From the NCBI GenBank assembly GCA_028023455.1, contig JAQFVV010000003.1, positions 10,912,001 to 10,976,000 of the forward strand: DNA of 64,000 nt, read 5' to 3'. Each line of letters begins with the position of its first letter. Position 1 is the first letter of the stretch. Origin of the DNA: Epiperipatus broadwayi (lineage: Eukaryota > Animalia > Onychophora). Shown here piece after piece: positions 53,700-64,000 of this stretch. Both the position numbers and the translations under genes were made by a program. The notes beneath the pieces were generated by a model, which had not been told where the DNA came from, searched no databases, and saw only the letters and a list, made by a program, of their open reading frames with translations.

Positions 53700-54449
53700 A
53701 GCTAGAATATTCGAACACTAGATCTAAAATATTAACTCAAAACCCAGCACTTATTTCATACATAATATTTAAGTAGAAACTGAAATTTTCGGTCATGAAA
53801 ATGGCTTTAAATCCAGCTATCTAACTTAAATAGTTTATATGCATTTTTGTAAATACAAGCTTATAAAAGTAATATCATGTTATATATGACTTGCTTTTTT
53901 GATTATTATAATCATATTTTTTGTAATTGTTTATTACTAGCATTAAAAAAAAATTGAAGTGTAATTGAAAATAATGCAGTGATATATATATAAAATGATA
54001 TATATATAATTTAGTTATGTTTACAATATAAATATGATATATATATAATTTAGTTATGTTTACAACATAATTTTGAAATATTTTGATTTCAACTAGTGTA
54101 TTTCTGTTAAAACAGAAAAGTTGAAATGCACAATAAATACTGAAGAAGGTTTCAAAAGAGAACTTTATTTCAGATTGAAAATTTTATATGAGTATTCTTT
54201 CTTATGCATATATTTACATTAGTGATCATGATAATTACATTAGTGGTTATAGTAATTGCATAATTTAATTACATTAGTGGTTATAGTAATTGCATAAGCA
54301 AGTTCAATGTGTAATCACTACATATATCTAGGAGGATAGATCCCAGATTTAGATTGGAAAACAAATTTGATAGTTTAGAAAATATTATTGTATTATCATT
54401 ACATAGCTTTGGGTATAAGCTTTTATATATTAGGTATTAAGAATTACAT

Positions 54450-57400
54450 ATGTATATGTTACAAATTTTATTACATTAGTGCTTTGTTGGTGTTTATGAG
54501 CTTACTGGTGTCTTGTCAGCTGTTTATAGTTCTTATTTTCAAAGATCTGTGCATTAATGGGCATGGTTATTGCTTGGTTATTAGCTACTAAGATGTTATG
54601 AGTGTTATTTGAGTAATTTTCTGGTTTTTGATTATTTGGTTCTGCTGGTCATGGATGTGCCAGTTGATTAATCATACTTGATATATGCTTGCATGCATAT
54701 CAGTTTTACTATAAATTCAGGGATGGTCCAGTTGGCAATGTACCAGTGGGGATTTACCTTGAGCTGGATTGCAAGATTATTGTTACATGTGATTTGTGGT
54801 GCTGAGTTTTCTTACTTGGCTTTGTAGAGATTGTTGTTAGCTTTTTGTGGATGGTGAAGTTGGCTTGTGCAGTGTTTGATTTGCTGTGACTGACACCTGA
54901 CATGATAGCATGGTGAGTGTTCTGAGGTTTCATTGTTGTCTTAATAGTGACCAAATGGTGGCAGAGGTATCCAGGTAAGCTATTTTGTTGTCTCTGGTTT
55001 TCAGCTGTGCTAGCTTATTGGAAAAATGTTGATGGGTAGCATCTTGGGTTGCTGCCAAATGTGAAGATGCAATGTATGTGCCAAAACACATAGAGTAAAA
55101 ATATGGCTGCATGGACCATGGAAATGTAGGCTCTGCGGTATGTGTGGATAATATCCTGCATAGAAATGTTGGAATATCTGACAGCCTTGATCATGTTATA
55201 ACAGATGTTAGCTAGTGGTGAGCAGTCATAGTATAGGTGTTGATTCTCTTCTGCTCAATGCTATAAGGTAAAGAAGAGTTCCATGGTAGTCTGTATCAAA
55301 GGAAGTATAAGGTTAGTAAGGCATAGAGATTGAGTCTAAAAAGAAAGTATTTGGGCTTCAGAGACCATTTTTTGAAGATTCAGAGTTTGTCTCTTGTTGA
55401 TTCAAAACATTTGGGGGTGTCTCAGATCAGAAATGGGTATAGTAAGGCATAGTTGTGCCAATATGAGTAATTGTTTGTTGATTGGTTGGATTTTTGAAGG
55501 ATATGCTTTTTGCTGATAGGTAGCAATGTGAGGGGAGAGGCTTATTTGTTGGTGTTACCTGCAGTAGAGATTGGAAAACCAGGAATTTTCTGAGGATTGT
55601 TGCTATAAGGTTTTAAGTCTTTTGTGTGTGAAAACATTTATGCTGTGCAGACCCAATAATTTGTTTTCGGGTGGCCAACTATGGCATTTTGCAGATATGG
55701 ACACTATCTTACCACATCACAATAGCTTGCTGAAAGAGAAAATGATTTTGAATGTGAATGCTTTGGACAAGGCAATTATAAGAGAGTAGTACATTATTTT
55801 TGTAATCACTAGCTGGTTGAACAGTTGAACTCAGTATAGAAAGAAATAGGTTTTTGTTAGTGAGATGGTGATCCACTCTACTTCATCTTTTAGCTTTGAT
55901 TTGTATTTTTTCCTTCATTGCACTGGTGTCCATATGGAAGGGGAAGCAATGGAAGATGATGAGTTTGCCTTGGTAAAGCTATGTGCATGATTTTCTGGTA
56001 TAAAAAACACCTAGGTGGTTTTGTTTAGGTTAAAATTTAGTTTGTGGTGGCTTTGGATTCTTGAAAGATTTTCTGTAAAATTAGTAGCTTCTTTTTGAAG
56101 GAGAAAAATAGTGAGTTATCCATACATGTAATGCATGCAATATGTAGAGAGGTGTTTTGTATCTGGATGCTTGTGAAATTTTGCTGGAAATTTTTCTGAG
56201 AGTTGATTGATATAAAATGTTAGTAGCAACCTGAATTGGGATTCTTAATATATGGATGAACAATGGGGAGTTTTTTTGCTGTGTTTGTGATGTGAAATTT
56301 CATGGCTCAGCAGAAAGTTAACTAGTAGATAGAAATAAATGCATGGGATTGTGATATGAGTTAGAAAGTTGATTAATGTGCTAATATCAACTGAAAGAAA
56401 TGTTGCCTTGATGTCTAGTTGAACTGCAATTGTATCAAGTTCAAGACCATCTTGAAAATCATGTGGTCTATGTGGTAGATGAATGCTTCTTTGGAAACAG
56501 CATGGGTGAGATTAGGGAAAGTAAATAGGGCTCTTTTCACTGACTGATGGAAAATAGCCCCATAACAATGGGGCAAAGATTGAAGAGGGTGGAAATAGAG
56601 GTTGGCTTCTTGTTAAAAGGGACTATTGCAATTGGGTATAAATCTTCAGTGGCCTGGAGCTTTTGAGATAAGTGATTGGTAAGGTTAAATAGATATTGAG
56701 CAGAAACTGTTTGAGGTGCATGAAGACAAATTTAAGGATGTCATGTGTTCTGGGTTACATGCATTTCATATAGTGGCAAGATGATATTAAATGGGGTAAC
56801 TCTTTCCAAATAGCCAAAAAGATCAGAGTATGGCTTTTTTGCCAGAAGTATTCATATATAGGTTTTATCATGATATGCCCAGCATAGGTGACTCTCTAAG
56901 TCTGAAGGGTCAATGGGATCCTGATAGTAGAGAGGTGCCTAGAGACTATCAAATATAGCCTCTGGTAATGTGCACTGCTGACTAAGACAAATTTTATTCT
57001 TTTTATCACTAAATAGATTCACCATATTACATTCATTATTGTATGCCTGATTAAAGTTATGCATATAATGCTGAGTGTTGAGTGAGTTTGGACATTGCAA
57101 TTTGCCTATGTGCTTCATTGGTCAATGATAGCAACCTGGAGAGTCAGGGATATTCATGGTTTATGTTAAATGACAATATATTTAAAAATGCCAGATATCT
57201 TTGTACAGAGGTGTTACATGTTTCTGATTTTGTAAAGCATGATGTATGTATGTCTCTGAAAATGTAAATTCTGGGGTGAATGCAGGAAGCAGTGTTCTTG
57301 TTTCTGATTTTGTAAAGTATTATATATGTATGTCTCTGAAAATATAAATTCTGGGGTGAATGCAGGAAGCAGTATTCTAATAATTCTTCCAAGCATAAAT

Positions 57401-58490
57401 GTAGTTGTTTTGAACTTTTGCTAGGTTAATCAACATGGATTGCAGAAAGAGATCAGAGAAAAGGGAAGGGTTCAGGTTTACGCTGAGTAAATGATGTAGA
57501 TAGAAGCAGGAGTAATTAGTGAGGCATGATGGTCATTGTGAAACATAATTGCATTGTTAGGTAAGAAACCCTTAGTACTCATGATAAATAATGATATTTG
57601 ATGAAGCCATTTAAAGATAAAATCTTGGTATTTCATATTGCAGTATCCCATTAAGATAGCTGGATGGAGAGTGGCTACAAGTATGTAGGTATAATAATTG
57701 AAATAATCCTCAGATTTAGTGGGATGAATAAAAAATGATGTTGAGCATGATGCTGTGATGATGAAAGATTACAATTAGTAGATTTGTATCAATATGAATG
57801 ATATTGAAGCATGGAAGTGGACAATCTGGGGTTATGAGTAAGACAGTGCCCCACAAGAGTAATGATGGGTCTCTGGAGCATGTGCAGAATCCTTTATTTT
57901 TAGATACACTGAGGAATTGATCTGGGAGCCTCTGTAAATCTTAGTTTTGAGTAAATCTAGCACATGAGGTTATGTTATTTTTATTAATTGTTTCAATTAT
58001 TGTATTTTTGTGGAATTTAAGCCCCAGATATTAAATACTGCTTTCAGCTTTTAGAGTTATATGGGGGGGGTATGCATTTTGTTATATTGTGTGGGAAGCA
58101 TCAGTATATATGTTATGGTTTGGTATGCACGTATCATGGCTGGAGTGCATGTGAGATCCATTGTGATTCTGACTGTTGGTTCTCCTTTGGATCACCAGGT
58201 CACTTTTGGTCTCAGTGATTCTATTGGTGGAAGGCATGGAGTGAGTGTTTCCATGATGTATGCTAATGTTTGTTTTATAACTAAGTGAAGGTTGTTTGGT
58301 TTGGTGCAGTTACTCTTAGCATTTCAAGTATTCTGATGTAGCTTTGTTATAGTATAGCCTGTGGCAACTAGGTCATGTGGTATGTTAGGGAACATGTCTG
58401 ATTGATCTAGAACCATTTACTTAAAGCTTATAACAGTATTGTGTGTGTTACTTGATTTATTAACTGTAAAGTGGATGACAATGAGGTCAC
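54450..58490 (-). mobile_element. Long degenerate L1/Tx1-like LINE (ORF1 remnant, APE, RT, CCHC)
   Basis: APE ILHMLQ/ETH (frameshifted, ~57870); RT AVQLDIKATFLSVD and LLLTFYINQL (~56200-56440); C-terminal EENQHLYYDC..VFWHIHCIF (~55080-55260). Confidence 0.75.
57219..57378. repeat. 80-bp tandem duplication inside the LINE
   Basis: TGTTTCTGATTTTGTAAAG..GGGGTGAATGCAGGAAGCAGT at 57219 and 57299. Confidence 0.85.
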
Positions 58491-58614
58491 AGGCTAACTA
58501 ACAGCAATCCATAGTTACACACACATACCATATGACAAGAATTTTAAAACATAATACCAGAGTAGGAGTCCTCTTGCAGGCAATATCATGGCTAAATATA
58601 TTTATTAAAATACA

Positions 58615-58840
58615 AGGTTCTTTTATAATTCAAAATATTTTATCATAATTCTTAAGATATTTTTTTATCTCAAATATAAGTTCTTTTCAATTTTAAAATA
58701 TCACATCTTACATTTTAATATAGCTTAATCTCAAATATGAGTTCTTTTACATATAAAATATCTTAATATCAGGTTAAAAATATATATTTCTCTTAAATAT
58801 GGGTTCTTTTTAATCTTAAAATATCTTGATCTCATGGTTC
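58615..58840. repeat. Decayed ~60-bp tandem repeat
   Basis: Recurring CTYAAATATRRGTTCTTTT..AAAATATC blocks. Confidence 0.5.
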
Positions 58841-60140
58841 AAATTCAGGATAAAATGAACTCAAAACATAATATTAATAGTAATACTTTAACTTCTTAAC
58901 AAAGTATGATGCTTATTATTATTAAACTAAACATGAAACATCCGACATTTCTTTTAGTTTATTTTTGAAATCTTAGTATTTTAAGAAAATAGAAATGAAA
59001 TTACAGAATACTCAAATACTGAAATAATTGATAACTTGAAAAACATTAAAATACTTTACAATTATTAAAATATAATGTTTTCACTTTTACTGATTATAAA
59101 ATACAGCAATCTTATATTTTCTAGTGTAAATTTTAAGCAGTAATATCAAAATAACATAGAAAGCAGTAAAGGTATTTTTTATGCTGCCTACTACACAACA
59201 AATGCACTTGAAATGAAGCAAATAATATAGCATTTATCTTTTAAGAAAGCAGGTAAAATAATTAAATAATTATTAAGCAAAATGAAAGTATAAGCACCAT
59301 GTGACCATTGATATGTATGCTGAAGATAATTATTAATGTAAATATTATTAAATATTTTCTGATAAATAAATAAGCTTATGCAATATTATAATGGCAACAA
59401 AACAAAAATGTATTTAATTAATAATAAAATATTTACATACAATATAATAATAGTATAATAAAATATTTGTTTACAATAATTATGATTATTTCTTTTTACT
59501 ATTTATAATTTACAGACATTATTAACTAAATACATTGGTATATCTTTCTTAAAAACCATTTTTACAATTTTATTATAAAAATCATATTTATTACTCAATA
59601 GTTCTCTTATCACAAAATACAATCTTTATTTCAAAAATCCAATACCCATAACATAGACCAATCCACCTTTATGCCTTTATCCAAGCTATTATGATATTAT
59701 ACTGTTTAAGCCAAAATAATATTAAAATATCAGTATGGAGATGCTTAACAAATATTAATCCAATAGCAACAAATATTATGCAATATAAAATCACTTATAA
59801 CCTTAACAATACCTATACTGGACCAAAAAAATAACAATGCTTGACATTGATAATATATTTGAAGTTAAAAAATTTATAGTGGACTAATAATAAGTTGGAA
59901 ACCTACACATGTCTTTGAATATACACCAAAATATATTCTAACATTAAAATTCTAGGCATAGGATAACAAGGGAAATATAAACTAGCAAAAATACAATCAG
60001 ACATCTAGTACTAAATGCAAGCGATGTCAATGAATGAACGAGCACAGTCTCTTTCATGGAGTGGCTAAGTTCACTTAAAAGTAATATAAAATTTGCTTAA
60101 ATTTGTCTCAAAATACTACTAATGATATAAGGCATGGAGC

Positions 60141-60174
<34 letters not shown>

Positions 60175-60874
60175 CATATGAATAATTTATATTCATCTCA
60201 CACACGCATACAAAAAGTCATATAATTCATTTACTCAGTTTAAGATTATATGTGTACTGACAAACTTATTATTGCATAATGGTGATAATAATTATGTAAA
60301 AACTATTTAAAATTCTCATACATATACTGATATCTATAACACTTTCATTCAAAATACTTTTTATAAATACACAAAAGGCTGTTATACTTCTGGATACAAT
60401 AATTTATAATTTTAAATACTCATTCAGAAAAACTCTTGGAATAATAAATTAACTCATAACTTTCAATTATATATCTTAACAATTCCACCTCTGGAACCTG
60501 TTCATACAAACAAATATATAATATAACAACTACTAATAATCCTAATATAATATAAGTTAATGATTATAATAATTTTAAAATAAAAAATATATAACAGTAA
60601 GAAAACCAAGTCATACATCACATGACTTCCAAACTAATAAAGTCATTCGATGTACGACTTGTTTCATTACTGCTATAATTTGTTTTTATGCCTTTGGTGA
60701 TGTTATATTACTATGGTGTACCTGAATTTATTTCAGTCCCATAGGCTATTTAAGTTAGATAGCTAATGACATATAGATGTCTGAAAATTTCAGATTTTCT
60801 ACTTAATATTTCAATATTTGATATATTCTGGGCTGGAGTTTGTATTTTAGATCTACTGTCTGAATGTTCTAGAA

Positions 60875-60918
60875 CCTCATCACTGATGAGAGCCATTAGG
60901 TCAAAACTGGTTTGGGAA
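60875..60918 (+). ncRNA. Hammerhead ribozyme motif (family B, degenerate)
   Basis: CCTCATCA CTGATGA GAGC catta GGTC AAAA CTGG TT TGGGA. Confidence 0.6.
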
Positions 60919-61257
60919 TATAGATACTTCTAGATAAAGATTTTAAATGCTTTCACTTGTGGAATTTATAGAAAAAGCTTGTTTAGAGTTATTAGAACAC
61001 TCATTATATTACATTTTTAAGACTTGGTTTCCTGTTATAATTTGCCTTTTATGCCTTTGGCAATACTGTATTGCTAAGGCTATTAATATATAGTGTACCT
61101 GAATTTAGTTCAGTCCCATATGGCTATTTAAGTTAGATATCTGGATTTGAAGACATGTAGATGTCTAAAATTTTCTGATTTTCTACTTAATAGTTAAGTA
61201 TTTGATAAATGCTAGGCTGAAGTTTATATTTTAGATATAGTGTCTGAATGTCCCAGC

Positions 61258-61299
61258 ATCTCAAATGACAAGAGACTTTAGCTCAAAACTGGTTTGGGA
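61258..61299 (+). ncRNA. Hammerhead ribozyme motif (family B, strongly degenerate)
   Basis: ATCTCA AATGACAA GAG acttta GCTC AAAA CTGG TT TGGGA; positionally equivalent to 60875-60918. Confidence 0.45.
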
Positions 61300-61389
61300 A
61301 TAGGAATAATTCTAGATAGAGATTTTAAATGCTTTCTCTTGTGGCATTTATTGAAAAAACTTGTTTAAAGCTATTAGCATGCTCATCAT

Positions 61390-61411
61390 GCGTTGTTAGC
61401 CGAGAGGTATC
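61390..61411 (+). mobile_element. 22-nt SINE/tRNA 5' fragment flanked by a 37-bp direct repeat
   Basis: GCGTTGTTAGCCGAGAGGTATC shares 16 nt with the SINE head at 35696; duplication at 61353-61389 and 61412-61448. Confidence 0.75.
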
Positions 61412-62525
61412 GAAAAAACTTGTTTAAAGCTATTAGCATGCTCATCATATTAAAATATATACACGCAACTATAGTATCCCTTTTAGAGATAAAATAGTTG
61501 ATTTCCTTTGCATAAAGAATACTATATATTTTCAGTCTTTTTGTTATCTTCTTGAAGTGATAGACACACATATATATGCAGAATATTTTAGGAGAACAAG
61601 TTCACAATAATTTCACACATATAAAATAACAGGAGCTGAAAATGATTCCAATGGTGAATAATTGATTTCAAAAGACATTTTTTAATAGCAATAAAATCAA
61701 AGGAGTAACAAATAGGAAGATAATTTTGATTATAAATTGCTTTTTATAAATCTATATTAATTAGAATGATATAAGCTTAGTTATTTCTTCCTTTGGTTTT
61801 TATTTTTTTAAATTATCAGGTGTTTCAGCAACGGACAATTCAGAAAAACTATTCAAATCACTAAATAAATAAATGAACTTGAAATGAATAGCTAGGTTAT
61901 TCATTTTAACATAAAACAATTTGAAATCAGACTTTTCTTTATGATATCCTAAAAATAAAGTTTTCATAAATTTGTATTTTATTATAACTTTATAAAACAA
62001 TTTTAATAATTGCTTATAAAATTATTATTAATAACAGTTTAAATTTGAAAAAGATTAAAAGAATAAAGTTGAAGAAAATGACAATAGAGGGATGTGTTAA
62101 ACAAGTGTACACATTTTAAAAATTTTGTCAGTTGGGTTTTTAGAAATAGGATTGTAATGACGTAGGTAATGTTTGTAATGTAAAAAAGTAATTTGTAATG
62201 TGGGAAAAGTTAATTGATAATTATAAAATATTTAATAAAAATAAGAAAAGGTTAGAAGTTGATTTATAATATAAGTAAAATGACAGTAATATGTATTAAA
62301 TAGTAGAATAAATGTTAAAGTTTAAAATTATAATAAATAATAAAAATAAAATAAAAAATAAAGTGATATAAAATAAATATTGATAGAATTATTTAAGAGT
62401 AAAGTAATAAAATGGGAAATGATTATTTATAATGGTCAGATTAAAATGTATATTTTATTTTTGTGTATTTAATTATGTATATGAATATGTGTATAAGTAT
62501 ATTAATTATATAATTATATATTTAA

Positions 62526-62578
62526 ATGTTGCAGCTCTGATATGACTGCATGACAGTCGAAACTGTTAGTTTTGATAT
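62526..62578 (+). ncRNA. Hammerhead ribozyme motif (family E, G8 deleted)
   Basis: ATGTTGCAGCT CTGATAT GACTG catga CAGTC GAAA CTG TT AGTTTTGATAT. Confidence 0.7.
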
Positions 62579-62689
62579 AAATAAAGAGTATTGATAAAGT
62601 GTTTAACAAAATTGTAAATGGTATGATATGTTAAAGTAGAAATCAATACGTAGTGTATAAGTATATTAATTATATAATTATATATTTGA

Positions 62690-62743
62690 ATATTGCAGTT
62701 CTGATGATGACTGCAGAACAGTTGAAACTGTTAATTTTGATAT
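62690..62743 (+). ncRNA. Hammerhead ribozyme motif (family E, near intact)
   Basis: ATATTGCAGTT CTGATGA T GACTG cagaa CAGTT GAAA CTG TT AATTTTGATAT; predicted cleavage after 62732. Confidence 0.75.
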
Positions 62744-63612
62744 ACAGAGTATTGATAAAGTGTTTAACAAAGTTGTAAATGGTATAATATGTTAAAGTAG
62801 AAATCAATACATAGGAAAAGAAAGAAGAAGAAAAAAATTATATTACTTCCATAAGAAGTGAAAACATTGAAGATGTAGATTAGGCATTGTTTTACACAAT
62901 TACAAAATAATCTTATACAAAAAGATAAATAATTTATTTATAAAGTTTACTTTTTAAAAAACAACAAAAAATTTTTGATCTTACTTTGAAAGTTAATCTT
63001 AACACTGCCCACAGTAAGTACAATAGATCTTAGATCAAAGTAATTAATAAAAAACATCGTCCCTTACATTAGGCATTGTTTAAAATAGATAAATAAATTT
63101 TTACAAATCTCATATAATTTTGTCTTTAAAGTTCTTTCTTCTTATAAAATGATTTACAAACGGATATATATTTATTTGCATGCATGTGCATTATATATAT
63201 ATATGTGATATCACGCACATTTAAAAATTACAAAATTTTAATAACAAAATTTAAAATTTTGCAACTTAAATATAATCATTAACCCCTTCTTCGATCTGAT
63301 ATTTGGAAAATAGAAATTTCTATCTCTTCATATTTTGGGATGCAATGAAAAAGTGCTTCAATATTAAGCTCTAGATTAACTCTTTAGTTTAAATATTAAT
63401 TTTATTTTCAACTACATATTAAATAACCTAAGATAAACTTTTAAATACTGCTACATAATCGAGCTAATTGAATTACTTTAACTTATATTATTGAAACATA
63501 TAATTTAAAATTTTTATTATGATAGCACATATAAAGAAATTTATAATCTTATATAATAAAAAAAATTTTAATGCCTTAAAACATATATCTAAACCAAAGG
63601 ATTAAATATATA

Positions 63613-63738
63613 TATATATAAAAGACATATTTTGCGGGTTCATCTGTGTTAAAAAAATTAAATATTGATATACCGACGTTATATCAGTATTTAAATTTTT
63701 TAACATGGATGAACCCACAAAATATGTCTTTTATATAT
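63613..63738. repeat. ~60-bp-arm hairpin with a 7-nt loop next to a (TA)n tract
   Basis: AAAAGACATATTTTGCGGGTTCATCTGTGTTAAAAAAATTAAATATTGATATA ccgacgt, followed by its reverse complement with about 5 mismatches. Confidence 0.85.
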
Positions 63739-63880
63739 GCAACCCATGAAAATATTTGTATCAACATATATATATTGTGTATCAATCAAAAATGCAATTG
63801 AGAGTTCATTAGTTAAATATCTTGGATAATATGCATTTTGTAACTCATTAAGCTGCTTCAAATTTTACTTGGCCATTGTC

Positions 63881-64000
63881 TAAGGAGTACATCTTCAGTT
63901 AAAAAATTTATGGGTGTATCAGATAAGGCATTGGCAAAGTTCATTATGTTTAAGGAGTACATCTTCAGTTAAAAAATTTATGGGTGTGTCAGATAAGGCA
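63881..64000. repeat. 70-bp tandem repeat running off the window end
   Basis: TAAGGAGTACATCTTCAGTTAAAAAATTTATGGGTGT at 63881 and 63951. Confidence 0.85.

Larger units (their letters stand above)
53142..53906 (-). mobile_element. Family B hammerhead element: 1.65 copies of a 419-bp unit plus an inverted arm
   Basis: CAGAGAGCATA at 53146 and 53565; 53840-53906 is the reverse complement of 53495-53561; perfect 16-bp TSD TATAATCATATTTTTT at 53126-53141 and 53907-53922. Confidence 0.88.
60594..61451 (+). mobile_element. Family B hammerhead element: short inverted head plus about 2 copies of a ~365-bp unit
   Basis: TTTTATGCCTTTGG at 60684 and 61047; homologous to the reverse complement of the 53-kb unit (GTCCCATA, TATTTAAGTTAGATA, TCTACTTAA, AGATTTTAAAT); head 60591-60611 is roughly the reverse complement of 61021-61039. 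Confidence 0.8.
62489..62811 (+). mobile_element. Family E: two tandem 164-bp units, each with a minimal hammerhead (retrozyme-like dimer)
   Basis: GTGTATAAG at 62489 and 62653; hammerhead motifs at 62526-62578 and 62690-62743. Confidence 0.8.

Noticed and set aside
62040-62480. Penelope GIY-YIG ORF upstream of the family E hammerheads
   Set aside because: No open frame or GIY-YIG motif is recognisable; no autonomous helper for the ribozyme elements is visible in this window.

Overview
AT-rich, CpG-poor eukaryotic (animal-like) DNA. I cannot support any intact host protein-coding gene; the window is a dense field of decayed mobile elements. These include RTE, L1/Tx1-like and CR1/Jockey-like LINE remnants, hAT, pogo/Tigger, piggyBac-like, mariner and Merlin remnants, and tRNA-Gly-derived SINEs. 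The main observation is a set of about 10 short non-coding insertions from several sequence families that share one architecture. They contain more than one unit-length copy of a circularly permuted 160-475 bp unit, often with a fold-back (inverted) arm at the inferred 5' end, and many are flanked by 13-16 bp target-site duplications (TSDs). Three families (A: 1-215 and 45.2-46.1 kb; B: 53.1-53.9 and 60.6-61.5 kb; E: 62.5-62.8 kb) carry recognisable minimal type I hammerhead ribozyme motifs. This fits non-autonomous retrozyme or Penelope-like elements copied from circular or multimeric RNA. Two of them (36.6-37.6 and 45.2-46.1 kb) look like two full-turn cDNAs joined head-to-head. Ribozyme-bearing retrozymes and Penelope-like elements are known classes; the twin full-turn palindromic insertions and the cross-family motifs are the parts that may be undescribed. 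All alignments and folds were done by eye, so coordinates may be off by a few bases.
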